Below are positions 24,621 through 37,744 of a DNA stretch of 64,000 nt, one piece after another. Below the pieces are notes generated by a model that saw only the letters and a program-made list of their open reading frames with translations, ran no database searches and was not told where the DNA came from. Made by a program: the position numbers and the translations under genes. The stretch comes from Mobula hypostoma (taxonomy: Eukaryota): positions 2,356,001-2,420,000 of the forward strand of contig NC_086098.1 in NCBI RefSeq assembly GCF_963921235.1, given 5' to 3'. The stretch's first letter is position 1, and each line of letters opens with the position of its first letter.

Positions 24621-26817
24621 AATTTACAACTGAAGTAATCAGCAAGTATGAACATTTTTAAAGCTGCTGAAATTATAAATGCAGTAATTTATCATTTTGA
24701 AATAAAATTATTTTAAAATTGCAGTAATAAAGTACAAGATTACCAGAAAGCTTCAGTGCACAGGAGAAGAAACTGTTCTTGAAATGTTAAGTATGTGTCT
24801 CGAGTTACCTTTTATAAGAAAAGCTGGAATTGCATTTCTGTCTTCAAGCATCTTCACAAGTCAAGTGTATGCAGGAAACATAACCAATTCTTTCCATCTG
24901 ACAACGTGAACCGAGATCATGATGCATTCACCCCCCCACCCCCACTATCGTTAGTTCATATTAGGCAACTTTATTATCTCTGTCAGCTCTCCCCTTCTAT
25001 CTGTAGATTCATATCAATGAGGAAAACAAACTCCTCTTCTTATACACAACCAGGACACCTCAAAATTATTTCAGATGTAATTAATTATTTGGAAGTATAA
25101 TGATTAGAGCAAAACAGAGTTACCATTTTTCCACATGAGTGAAGTGGCTTATTACTGTCACGTGCGGCATAGTATTTGTCTTCCATACTGTCCATACGGA
25201 TCAACAGTGCTTGAGGTAGAACATGGTAAAACAATAACAGAGTTCAAAATACTGTGTTACAGTTACAGAGAAAGTGCAGAGCAGACAGACGATAATGTGC
25301 AAGGTAGGCTGTGAGGGCACAAGTCCATTCTATCACACTAGGGAACTATTCAACACTCTTATAACAGTTGGATAGAAGCTATCCTTGAGCCTGGTGGAAT
25401 GTGTGGCTTTTGTATGTTCTTTCCAGTGAGAAGGGGGAAAAGAGGGACTATTTAGAGAGGGTGGGGTCTACACACAGCAATGAGATGGATAGCCAAATGA
25501 TCTGATGTTGGTGGAATCAAGTTAGGAAGGAGTACTGACGAGGACTGCACATTAATCCCCTACCTGACTTTAACCTGTACCAGAGGTGGCTTACTGAAAA
25601 TCACTGAATCAGAATATGGTCTAATACCACTGGCATATGTCATGAAATATATTGATTTGTGGCATCAGTATGCAATAAATAAATGATAAATTACAATACA
25701 AAATATAGAGTCATTGAAAAAGTACAGCACAGAAACAGGCCCTTCAGCCCATCTAGCCCATGCTGAGCCATTTAACCTGCCTACGCCCGTCAACCTGCAT
25801 GGGACCATAACTCTGCATACCCCTACGATTCCTGTACCTATATTAATGATTATTGCATATATTGATATTGATGTATAATACAATAATTATCTCTATAGAT
25901 ATCCAAATAATATTTAATGGGAAAAGCAGCAATACAAATCACAGATGTTGTCGGGCAGTGTGAAGGCATATTTACTGTGTTTGCGCTTTACCAGACCTGG
26001 AACTGCTGTATGTTCACACAAAAGGATTAAACTGGCACAATTACATCGCCCTGACCCTCTCTTTGCTGAGTAGAAAGTAAAATGATGAGTATTTTTGTCC
26101 ATTGTCTGCTGAGGTGACAATAAAGTGGAATTATTCACAAACAAAAGGATAGGTAGGTATGCAATATTTTAAACTGATCATCTCTTTTTTCCTGGTAGCC
26201 AGCTGTTGGTAATCAATAATTAAATATTTCCACAGTACACAGGCCATACACTAATTACCCAGACAGTCACCATCAGCAATAATAACAGACTGATCGAAAA
26301 CACATCTATGAATTTCAAGTGTACACTTCTTTATTTAATAAAGTAGTGGAATAATTTCAAGGGTTGCATCTGACCTCAGAGTTCACAGGAATTATTAAAC
26401 ATCAGTCACACAGTTGATGGCTTCATCTGTGCCCACCAAACATTTATCACCTTCCAATCACTACCATCGAATATTGCTCCTGCATAACATGCAGAAAACT
26501 TTGAAGCATCAAATATATAACTTCTCAGGAAAAACACTTACCTATTAAGCCATGGTCTAGTGTCCATTCAAGATGCGAGATTCAAGATTCACATTTCAAA
26601 ATTCAGATTATTTATCACATCTACATTGAAACATGCAGTGAACTGCGTCATTTGCATTAGCCGCCAACACACACAAGGGAATTGCTGGGGGCAGCTGCTA
26701 AGAGTCATCACACTTTCTGGGCCCAACATAGCATACCCATAATGCTCAGCAGAACAACACAACAAACAACAAAACAACAACAGCAAAACAAGCAAGAGAA
26801 AATCTGCAGATGCTGAA

Positions 26818-26915
26818 AGTCTTGCCAAAGGGTTTCAGCCCGAAACGTCGACTGTATTCTTTTCCATTGATGCTACCTGGCCTGTTGAGTTCCTCCAGCA
26901 TTTTGTGTGTGTTGC
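26818..26915 (+). mobile_element. Solo Penelope pLTR tail starting at the hammerhead (core mutated)
   Basis: agtc ttgccaa agggtttcagccc gaaac gtc gact. Confidence 0.75.
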
Positions 26916-27044
26916 ACAAAACAAGCCCTGTTCCACCCTCCCAGCCATGCACATAACCCCCAAGAAAGGCTTTGGGCCTGCAGCCTCTAAAGGACTGGTG
27001 TGGAAGGCAATGTAATGTTAGCATTCATTTCAAGAGGACTAGAC

Positions 27045-27930
27045 TCTTCCATTTCACACATGTCTGCTCTTACCCCATCTTCCCACCACCCCACCAGGGA
27101 TAGGGTTCCTCTTGTCCTCACCTATCAAGTCCACCACATAATTCTCGAAACTTCTGCCACCTCCAACGGGATCCCACTATTAAGCTCATCTATCCCTTCC
27201 ACCCCCCCCAATTTCTGCTTTCCGCAGGGATTGCTTCTTTTGCAACACCCTTGACAATTTGTCCCTCCCCACTGATCTCCCTCCTGGCACCTATCCTTGC
27301 AAGCAGAACAAGTGCTACACCTGCCCCCCATTCAGGACCCTAAACCGACCTTCCAGGTCAGGCGACAGTTCACCTGTGAGTAAGTTGAGATCATTCACTG
27401 CGTTTGGTGCTCCCAGCGTGGTCCTCTGTATATCGGCGAGACTTGACATAGTTTGGGAAACCGCTTCGCCAAGCATCTACGGTCCATCCGCCAGAATGAG
27501 TTGGATCTCCCAGTGTCCACCCATTTTAATTCCACTTCCCATTCCCATTCTAATATGTTCATCCATGGCCTCCTCCACTGTCGTGATGAGGCCACACTTA
27601 GGTTGGAGGAACTGCACCTTATATTTCATTTGGGTAGCCTCCAACCTGATGGCATGAACATCGATTTCTCGAACTTCCAGTAATCGCCCCACCCCCCTTC
27701 TCCATTTCTCAGCCCCTTTTCCTTGTCTCACCTTATCTCCTTGATTGCCCGTCTCCTCTCTCTGGTGCTCCCCCCCTTTCCTTTCTTCCATGACCTTTTG
27801 TCTCTTTCACTAATCAACTTCCCAGACCTTTACTTCATCCCTCCCCCTCCAATATCACCCAGTATTTCTCTCTCCCCTCCCCCACCTTTTAAATCTACTC
27901 CTCAGCTTTTTCTCTCCAGTCCTGCCGAAC
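27045..27930 (+). mobile_element. Penelope-like element 3' part (GIY-YIG endonuclease remnant + pLTR), inserted in a CR1
   Basis: IIHCVWCSQRGPLYIGET*..RFAKH..PVSTHFN..LEELHLIFHLGSLQPDGMNIDF. Confidence 0.9.
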
Positions 27931-28525
27931 TTTTATACAGCATTGGTAAGGCCTCACGTGGAGTATTGTGAGCAGTTCTGGACCCTTTATCTTAGAAAGG
28001 ATGTGCTGAAACTGGACAGGGTTCAAAGAGGGTTCATGAAAATGATTCCAGGATTGAATGGCTTGTCATATGAAGAGTGTTTGATGGCTCTGGGTCTGTA
28101 TTCACTAGAATTCAGAAGAATGACTGGTGACTTAATTGAAACCTATCAAAGGGTAAAAGGCCTTAATAGAGTGAAAGTGGAGAGGATGTTTATTATGTGG
28201 GAGAGTCTAAGACTGTAGGACACAGCCTCAGAATAGAGGAGAGTCATTTTAGAATAGAGGTGCAGAGGAATTTCTTTAGCCAGAGAGTGGTGAATTTGTG
28301 GAATTTACTGCCACAGGCAGCTGTGGAGACCAATTGACTGGGTATATTTAAGGCAGAGGTTGATAGATTCTTGATTGGTCAGGGCATGAAGGGATACAGG
28401 GAGAAGGCAAGAGATTGGGGCTGAGAGAAAAGAATTGACCAGCCATGATGAAATGGTGGCATAGACTTGATGGGCCAAATGGCCTATTTATGCTTTTATA
28501 TCTCCCATATCTTATGGTCTTATGG
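27931..28525 (+). mobile_element. CR1 3' end (its upstream stub lies at ~27000-27044)
   Basis: VRPHVEYCEQFW..LGLYSLEFRR; cttatggt tail. Confidence 0.9.
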
Positions 28526-29527
28526 CCTTATGGACCAGGCTTTCCCCTTGTCCTCATCGGGAACAGAATAATCCCTGTGCAATAATCGATGCAAATAGAA
28601 CCACAGAAAATTGTTATAAAAAATTTATTGAGAAGATATTCAGTTGAATGTGCAGCTGGGCAGTGCTGGAGTGCACACCCCATGCAGTAATGACAACTGC
28701 TACCTCTTGACACTCAGCCTTGTTGGATCCTAATGTTCTTGTGAACCAAAGTTTCTTCAGAAGTCAAGAATGAGGCGTAAAACCTGTCGCCTGCAATCAT
28801 TTTATTAAGTATTATCACAGGAAAGATGAACAAGAAGAAAAAGTGTCAAGAGGACAAATGAATAGTGTATGCAAAAAGCAGTTGTGGTCATCTCATACTT
28901 AAAATTCCAGAGATAACAATTAATCTATAAGTTGCTAGATTCAAATAGTGTGAAAGCTAAGAAAATGTGTCTGTAAGTGTAACATATTTTATGTTGTATT
29001 TGTTGTTTGCTTTCAGATTGAATTTCCAGGCTTTCACAAAGCCCAATTATTGTTTCTGAGCAGCAGACGCAAAATGCTGGAGGAACTCATCAGATCAGGC
29101 AATATCTATGGAGAGGAATAACAGGACAGGGGATAGGAAACAGTATGACAGAGCTGAGGATCAGCCAGCAGGTTACAAGTGGATGCAGGGTGCAATATGA
29201 ATGTAAGGAAGGAGAAGCCAATGACTGGGTACAAATGTAAACAGTGCGAAGAGTTAAATTGTACCACAAAGGGAAAATTCAAAGGGGTGAAGAATGCAGG
29301 ACTGAAGGTGCTGATTTGAAATGCGGATAGCATTTGGAATAAAGTGGATTAACTTGTGGTGCAATTAGAGACTGGTGGGTATGACGTTGTGAGCCCACCC
29401 ATCACCTCCTTCTGGAGCTGTTACCCAGTCTGACAGCCCTAGTCCTGAAGCTCCTGTACTTCCTGCCTGAAGGTGGTGGGTCAGAGAGATTGTGGGCTAG
29501 GTGGTAGGAATCTTCAATAATACTTCT

Positions 29528-30165
29528 GACCATAAGACAAAGGAGCAGAAGTTGGCTATTCGGCCCATCAAGTCTGCTCCGCCATTTTATCATGAGCTGA
29601 TCCTTTCTCCCATTTAGTCCCACTCCCCCGCCTTCTCACCATAACCTTTGATGCCCTGGCTACTCAGATACCTATCAATCTTGCCTTAAGTACACCCAAT
29701 GACTTGGCCTCCACTGCTGCCCGCGTCAACAAATTCCATAGATTCACCACCCTCTGACTAAAAAAATTTCTTCGCATTTCTGTTCTGAATGGGTGCCCTT
29801 CAATCCATAAGTCATGCCCTCTCGTAATAGACTCCCCCATCACGGGAAACAACTTTGCCACATCCACTCTGTCCATGCCTTTCAACATTCGAAATGTTTC
29901 TATGAGGTCTCCCCTCATTCTTCTAAACTCCAAGGAATACAGTCCAAGAGCGGACAAACGTCCTCATATGTTAACGCTCTCATTCCCAGAATCATTCTAG
30001 TGAATCTTCTCTGTACCCTCTCCAACGTCAGCACATCCTTTCTTAAATAAGGAGACCAAAACTGCCCACAGTACTCCAAGTGAGGTCTCACCAGTGCCTT
30101 ATAGAGCCTCAACATCACATCCCTGCTCCTATACTCTATTCCTCCAGAAATGAATGTCAACATTG
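29528..30165 (-). mobile_element. CR1 3' end nested in a minus-strand Rex1 fragment (~29398-30340)
   Basis: ORFs 29664..29957 and 29915..30181; Rex-like PSGRKYRSFRTR on the left flank. Confidence 0.85.
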
Positions 30166-31224
30166 TGTTCATATTCAACATTCCTGGTAAATGTCACAAA
30201 TAGGGGGAGGGAGACTCTGGCAATCCTCCTGGCAGTTTTTGCTACCTTGTGTAGAGTCCTGCAGTCCGATGCCTTGCAGCTTCTGCACCACACAAAGATC
30301 AGGTTGGTAAGGACTAGATGGTCTGCATCTGCACTGTAGTACTCTATGTCTCTGGGACTCTAATGATGAATAATTACAAACATAAAAAATCCACTACATT
30401 GTGTCTTTCCCACAAAGCAATTTTACACTGAGCTCATTGAGCGATGTGACTGAATATAATCACTTTAGTACATGATCACTAATGAGAAGATATTAACATC
30501 ACATCATTTAACGGAGGGAGAGGAATATCCATCACGGTGGTGTAACTCATCGAAAAGATTTGAATTCATAGTGAACAGTATTCAAATACTTTGCTTGGTG
30601 ACCTAGCTCTCAAATATATCCTGAACACTAAAGGATCAGATTGATTCAGTACTGTCACACGTAAACGAGGTACAGTGAAACCCTTATTTGCATGCCATCT
30701 GCACAAATTACTCCATAACTATATACATCTTATCAGGCACGTGAGAAGTATTAAAGGAAGAAGAAGCAGGAGGTCCATGAGCCAGTCCTCATTAAGAGAT
30801 TGGAGATGGAGAGTGTCAGTAATATTAAATTTCTTGCCATAACTTTAAATGTCATAGTTCTAGCATGTAAGTGCCATCATGAAGAAGGCATGACAGCACT
30901 CTGTTTTCTTAGAATTTTGTGTAGGTTCAGTATTTCACCTAAACATTGACAAACTTCTATAGATGCACAGTGGAGAGTATACTGACTGGTTGTAGAAAAA
31001 ATCTATAGAAAGATTGGATGCAGCACAGTCCATCCCAGGCAAAGCCCTCCCCACCATTGAGGGCATCTGCAAGGACTGTTGTCACAAGAAAGCAGCATCC
31101 ATCATCAAGGACCACCACCATCCAGGCTATCGGGCAGGAGGTACTGAAGCCATTAGTTCCACACCACCAGTTTCAGAAAGAGTTATTACCCTACATCTAT
31201 CAGGTTCCTGAACCAGCTTGGATG

Positions 31225-31501
31225 ACTTCACTGTTCAGTTCCTTCATCTCTGCCACATCTATTCCCAAGATATGGCTTTCCTTTCCCGGATCTCAGAGAT
31301 GCCCTCCTTCTTCAGAGAGTGGGGTTTCCCTTCCTCCACCAGTGATGCTACCCTCGCTCGCACCTCCTTCATTTACCGAATATCTGCGCTTACCGCAGAG
31401 ACCTTACCTACAAACCTATGAGCCTCTGCATTCAACACATCATTCTATGCAATTTCTGCCATCTCCAAGGGAATAAGACCACTAAGCATATTTTTACCTA
31501 C
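31225..31501 (+). mobile_element. Penelope-like RT C-terminal fragment (resumes ~32312-32430)
   Basis: QFLHLCHIYSQDMAFLSRISEMPSFFREWGFP. Confidence 0.75.
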
Positions 31502-32311
31502 CCAAAAGGGTCAGACCAGTTACGCTCACAGATCTCGATCTTGCAGATGACATAGTCCTGCTTTCTGACCAGATGGAGGAAGCACAGCAGCCACTGACAA
31601 AAGTGGAAATTGAGAGCAATAAAGTTGGACTTCACCTAAACGCTGAAAAGACAGAGTACATGGCGTTTAACTGCGACGAAGGTACTCTCAAGACCGTAAA
31701 GAATGATACCATTAAGAAAGACTTTGACTACAAGTACCTCGGGTCAAAAATGATGAGCTCGGAGAAGGACATAAAGATACGGAAGGCACTGGCATGGAGG
31801 GCTATGAACGACATGAAGGAAATCTGAAAGTCGAACCTGACAAGGGGGCTTAAAAGAGGATTTTCATAGCAGTCATAGAGTCCATTCTGACGTACGGATG
31901 TGAGATGTGGACACTCGCCAAGACGATGCAAAAATCTCTAGATGGTTGCTATACACGAATGCTCCGGATGGCTCTTGATGTGAGTTGGCAACAGCACATG
32001 ACGAACGTCAAGCTCTATATCAACCTACCGATGCTCACCACTAAAATCGAGACGAGAAGACTGCAACTAGCGGGGCACTGTCTACGCCACCCTGAGCTAC
32101 TGCCGGCCTAGTCATCATATGGGAGCCCAAGCATGGGAGGATGAACCCTGGGCGCCTTCACAAGACTATGGTCGACACGCTCCTAGAAGACAGCAGCACG
32201 GCTAATGTGGATGAACTGAACACACTGATGAGGGAGAGGGAGAAGTGGAGAGTCTGTCACTGTGCTCGACGCCGGCCTCCTAGGCCTGAGTCAACGTAGT
32301 AGTAGTAGTAG
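31502..32311 (+). mobile_element. 5'-truncated RTE-clade LINE, (AGT)n tail, 7-bp TSD TACCTAC
   Basis: LTDLDLADDIVLL, GLHLNAEKTEYM, YKYLGS, LDGCYTRMLR, RLQLAGHCLRH; TSD at 31495-31501 and 32312-32318. Confidence 0.9.
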
Positions 32312-32434
32312 TACCTACTCCCACCCCCATCCATGTTTTCCTTGTCCATTCATTCCCCCCCCCCCCACCAACTTATCTCACTCCTGACAATCATTCTTGC
32401 AAGTGGTCAACGTGCCTCACCTACTTTTGGAAAG

Positions 32435-33975
32435 ACACCAGGACCTCAGGCTACTGTGGGAGGCAGGGGAGGAGATTGCTAAGCCTCTGGCAATGATCTT
32501 TGCAATATCAATGTGGTTGGGAGCGGTTCCGGAGGATTGGAGGGTTGTTGATGTTGTTCCCTTATTCAAGAAAGGAAGTAGAGATAGCCCAGGAAATTAT
32601 AGACCAGTGAGTCTCACTTCAGTGGTTGGTAAGTTGAAGAGAAGATCCTGAGAGGCTGGATTTATGAACATTTGGAGAGGTATAATATGATTAGGAATAG
32701 CCAGCTTGTCTTTGTCAAAGGTAGGTCATGCCATACGAGCCTGATTGAATTTTTTGAAGATGTGACTAAACAGATCGATGAAGGTAGAGCAGTAGGTGTA
32801 GTGTATATGGATTTCAGCAAGGCATTTGATAAGGTACCCCATGCCGGGCTTATTGAGAAAGTAAGGAGGCATGGGATCCAAGGGGACATTGTTTTGTGGA
32901 TCCAGAACTGGCTTGCCCACAGAAGGCAAAGAGTGGTTGTAGACAGGTCAAATTCTACATGGAGGTCAGTGGCCGGTGTTGTGCCTCAGGGATTTGTTCT
33001 GGGATCCCTACTCTTCGTGATTTTTATAAATGACTTGGATGAGGAAGTGGAGGGATGGGTTAGTAAATTTGCTGATGACAGAAAGGTTGAGGGTTTTGTG
33101 GAGATTGTGGAGGGCTGACAGAGTTTACAGTGGGACATTGATAGGATGCAAAACTGGGCTGAGAAGAGGCAGATAGAATTCAACCCAGATAAGTGTGAGG
33201 TGGTTCATTTTGGTAGGTCAAATATGATGGCAGAATATTGTATTAATGGTAAGACTCTTGGCAATGTGGAGGATCAGAGGGATCTTGGGGTCTGAGTCCA
33301 GAGGACACTCAATGCTACTGTGCAGGTTGACTGTGTGTGCAAGAAGGCCTACGGTGTATTGGCCTTCATCAACCGTGGGATTGAGCTTAAGAGACAAGAG
33401 GTAATGTTACAGCTGTATAGGACCCTGGTCAGATCCCACTTGGAGTACTGTGCTCAGTTCTGGTCACCTCACTACAGGATGAATGTGGAAATTATAGAAA
33501 GAGTGCAGAGGAGATTTACAAGGATGTTGCCTGGATTGGGGAGAATGCCTTATGTGAATAGGTTGAGTGAACTTGGCCTTTTCTCCTTGGAACGACAGAG
33601 GATGAGAGGTGACCTGACAGAGGGACAGTATATAAGATGGTGACAAGCATTCATTTTGTGGATAGTCAGAGGCTTTTTCCTAGGGCTGAAATGGCTACCA
33701 CGAGAGGGCAGAGTTTTAAGGTGCTTTGAAGTAGATACAGAGGAGAGGTCAGGGGTAAGTTTTTTATGCAGAGAGTGGTGAGTGTGTGGAATGGGCTGCT
33801 GGTGACAGTGGTAGAGGCGGATATGATAGGGTCTTTTAAGAGACTCCTGGATAGGTACATGCAGATTGGAAAAATAGAGGGCTATTTGTAACCCTAGGTA
33901 ATTTCTAAAGTAACTACATATTTGGCACAGCATTGTGGGCCAAAGGGCCTGGATTGTGCTGGAGTTTTTTTATGT
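32435..33975 (+). mobile_element. 5'-truncated CR1 (RT + 3' end)
   Basis: NYRPVSLTS, YMDFSKAFDKVPH, FADDRK, LEYCAQFWSP. Confidence 0.95.
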
Positions 33976-34130
33976 AAGGCAACAATTCAGCTGCCGATCT
34001 GCTGGGTCGTCCATTCCGTATGGTGCTCCCAATGCAGCCTCCGCTACTGAGGCCCAACTTTAATCGGGGGACCACTTCGTAGAGCACCTCTTCTCCATCT
34101 GCCAAAGGCACAACTTCCCGGTTTAATTCC

Positions 34131-34472
34131 CGATTTTGTTCCCGATGTTGGGGAAGTCCAGAACGAGGGGTCACAGTTTGAGGATAGAGGGGAAGCCTTT
34201 TAGGACCGAGGTTAGGAAAAACTTCTTCACACAGAGAGTGGTGAATCTGTGGAATTCTCTGCCACAGCAAACTGTTGAGGCCAGTTCATTGGCTATGTTT
34301 AAGAGGGAGTTAGATATGGCCCTTGTGGCTACAGGGGTCAGGGGGTATGGAGGGAAGGCTGGGGCGGGGTTCTGAGTTGGATGATCAGCCATGATCATAA
34401 TAAATGGCGGTGCAGGCTCAAAGGGCCGAATGGCCTACTCCTGCACCTATTTTCTATGTTTCTATGTTTCTA
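34131..34472 (+). mobile_element. Young CR1 3' end, 8-bp TSD TTAATTCC
   Basis: TSD at 34123-34130 and 34473-34480; (TTTCTATG)n tail. Confidence 0.95.
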
Positions 34473-34789
34473 TTAATTCCAATTCCCATCCTGCTCTGAC
34501 CTGTCGGCCCATGACCTGCTCCTGAGTCAAGATGAGGCCACCCTCAGGGTAGTGGAGCAACACCTTATATCCTGTCTGTGCAGCGTGAACATCGATTTCT
34601 CCTTCTGGTAAACAAATTCTGCCCCCTTCCCCTTCCCTTTCTCCTCTGGTTCACTCTCCTCTCCCATCGGATTCCTTCTTCTCCAGTCTTTTATGTTTCC
34701 CACACATCTGTCTTCACCTGTCACCTTCTAGCCATCCTCCTTCACCTCCCCACCCTGGCTTTTTTTCTGGTGTCTTCCCCCTTCCTTCC

Positions 34790-34827
34790 CAGTCCTGAAG
34801 AAGGGTCTCTGTCTGAAACTTCGACTG
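34790..34827 (+). ncRNA. Minimal type I hammerhead ribozyme motif (variant)
   Basis: cagtc CTGAAGA a gggtctctgtct GAAA c TTC gactg; stem I cagtc/gactg. Confidence 0.55.
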
Positions 34828-35296
34828 TTTGTTCATTTCTTTAGATGCTGCCTGAACTACTGAATTCCTCCAGAATTTTTTGTGTTACACAGAAAGCGTC
34901 CTTTAACAGTTACAGAGAAAGTGCAGGGCAGATAGCTCTGCATGAATCTGCAGAACTCAACACATCACAATAACCAAACTCCCTTCCATGTAGTCTGTCC
35001 ACACTTCCTGCTGCTTCAGTATAGCAGCCAGCACAGTCAAAGACCCCATCCAACCCAGGCATTCTTGCTTTCCCCCCCGTTCCATCAGGCAGAAGATGCA
35101 AAAGCCTGACAGCATGTATCACCAAGCTCAAGGACAGTTTCTACCTTACTGTAATAAGACTATTAATTGGTTCCCTAGATCAACTTTTGACCCCACCTTG
35201 TTATAACCTGGAACTAATTGCACATTCTCAGCAACTATAATATCATTGTTATTGTTTTACCTTGTTCTACCTTAATGGTTCAAAGGCTTAAAGGTT

Positions 35297-36007
35297 CATA
35301 GAAACATAGAAAATAGGTGCAGGAGTAGGCCATTTGGCCCTTCGAGCCTGCACCGCCATTTATTATGATCATGGCTGATCATCCAACTCAGAACCCAGCC
35401 TTCCCTCCATACCCCCTGACCCCCGTAGCCACAAGGGCCATATCTAACTCCCTCTTAAACATAGCCAATGAACTGGCCTCAACAGTTTGCTGTGGCAGAG
35501 AATTCCACAGATTCACCACTCTCTGTGTGAAGAAGTTTTTCCTAATCTCGGTCCTAAAAGGCTTCCTCTCTATCCTCAAACTGTGACCCCTCGTTCTGGA
35601 CCTCCCCAACATCGGGAACAATCTTCCCGCATCTAGCCTGTCCAATCCCTTTAGGATCTTATACGTTTCAATCAGATCCCCCCTCAATCTTCTAAATTCC
35701 AACGAGTACAAGCCCAGTTCATCCAGTCTTTCTTCATATGAAAGACCTGCCATCCCAGGAATCAATCTGGTGAACCTTCTTTGTACTCCCTCTATGGCAA
35801 AGATGTCTTTCCTCAGATTAGGGGACCAAAACTGCACACAGTACTCCAGGTGTGGTCTCACCAAGGCCTTGTACAACTGCAGTAGTACCTCCCTGCTCCT
35901 GTACTCGAATCCTCTCGCCATAAATGCCAGCATACCATTCGCCTTTTTCACCGCCTGCTGTACCTGCATGCCCACTTTCAATGACTGGTGTATAATGACA
36001 CCCAGGT
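35297..36007 (-). mobile_element. Young CR1 3' end, same subfamily as 34131-34472
   Basis: Uninterrupted ~200-aa ORF (35388..36026); near-identical to the inverse of 34131-34472. Confidence 0.95.
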
Positions 36008-36890
36008 CTATTATCAAAGTACACAAATCTGAAATTCTTCAATTCTCCGGGTAGCCAAGAAACCAAGAAAGAAAGGAAAGGCAGCATGAACAACAACCCC
36101 AAGTTCCAGCTCCTGCGTAAAAACCAAGCAAAATAGATCAGGCACATCGACCCCCAAATCCCTCTCCCTGCACAAAAAAAGAGAGGAGCTTGGGCAAAAA
36201 AAAACCCCACAGAATATAAAAACCATAAGACTGATAAAAAAAAGTCTATAGCCCAAAGTCCAAATCCAACCAAAATACAAAAGAAACTAGGGAACATTCT
36301 TCAGGCCCAGTGGCCAACTGGTCCCTCTTCAGTACAGAGTGATCAAAAGACAAGCAGCCTGTGCTCACCCCTCCACACGTGTTCTGATGCTTCAATCTCC
36401 CTTGTCGCTTTAATCGGTAAACAATGAGAACTTTAATTGGTGAAATGGAGCCAAACACCGGCTTTTGCCCAGTCCTGCAATCTGCCCAGCATTAAGTGCC
36501 TGCACACTGTCTCCGCCTCCTGGAATCCTCTTGGAGACTGCAGACTGCTGGAACATCCAAACAATCTCCAAACTCCCACACTCACCCTGATGTTACAATC
36601 TCCTTTGTCACTTTAACTGGTGAAATTGGATCAAACATCGGCTTGCACGCCATTTGGAGCCTTCTTGCCTCGAGGTTTGCTCAGGCTGCCTCTGTCTTCC
36701 GGAATCCTCTCAAAGAAGCACACAAATGTATCTCCAAGCAGCAAAACACAGGCTCCAACAGTTCCAGAATCATATTCAAGATGAGAAACAAGCGTAAACG
36801 ACATGAAAGAAGTGAAAAAAGATGGTTTCACTATCCATCCAGAAGATGATGACCAATGGAGCATTGTAGACAGGTGCCATCTTGACCGGA
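36008..36890 (-). mobile_element. Probable non-coding non-autonomous retroelement with Rex-type tail
   Basis: Reverse complement starts tccggtcaagatggcacc and ends in gtactttgataata..gaaccttt, like other Rex tails here; internal duplication 36390-36465 / 36595-36645. Confidence 0.5.
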
Positions 36891-37204
36891 CTGTGTTAAG
36901 AATTGATTTGCAGGAACAGTAGGCAAGCAAAGATTTTCCCTAAACATGTATACATGTGGCAATAACCATGGGTCACCACCATGGGCAAGACAGTTACAGC
37001 ACATGTGGAAATTACAGATTTTAGTGAGGGTTCACAGAATGCAGGTTTGAGTGTCAACCCTCAGGGTAATGGCTTAGAAAAATAAGAACATTTTTTTCAG
37101 AAAGGTAAGAATCCTCATGCCATTTGTGAGAATTTTATGATGGAAATAAATCCAACTAAAATATCCTCCAAGAAATGAAACGAATTTCCTGAACTTACAT
37201 ATTT

Positions 37205-37505
37205 ATCTTTTAGTTAAAGATACAGCATGGAGTAGGCCTTTCTGGCCCTTCAAGCGGCACTGCCCAGCAACCCTCAACAACCCCGATTTAACCCTAACCT
37301 TATCATGGGGCAATTTTACATTGACCAATTAACCTGTCCCGTGTGCCTTTGGACTACGGGAGGAAACTGGAGAACCCGGAGAAAATCCACGCATTCCACA
37401 GGGTGGACGTTCAGAGTCTCCTTACAGAGAAGGCCAAGATTGAACTCTGAACACTGACACGTTGAATTATAACAGTATCACGTGAATCCTTGTGCTACCA
37501 TGATG
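37205..37505 (-). mobile_element. V-domain tRNA-SINE
   Basis: Reverse complement: gagttcaatc..ctgtaagg..gcgtggatttt..tccagtttcctccc. Confidence 0.7.
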
Positions 37506-37744
37506 CCCTATGAATGCAAAAATCAAAATGAATTCAACATTTCTCTACTATACAAGAACCAATTTTCAATCCCTTTTTTGAGTTGTTTATATAATTTTCT
37601 AAAACACTGTGGCTCCATTATCTTGGTCTGCACACTGTATGCTGTTCAGTATCTGATGCTCCAACAAGTAAATAAACCTACGATCCCAGAGGGAAAGGAC
37701 AGATCACATTAAGATATTAAAAATATGAATAAACTACAGTCATC

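Larger units (their letters stand above)
33976..34890 (+). mobile_element. Degenerate Penelope 3' part with hammerhead, split by a CR1
   Basis: Decayed GIY-YIG region homologous to 42600-42900; pLTR hammerhead at 34790-34827. Confidence 0.75.

Noticed and set aside
28990..29065. Splice acceptor (tttgttgtttgctttcag) and possible host exon
   Set aside because: No matching donor or recognisable peptide; it runs into a Penelope fragment.
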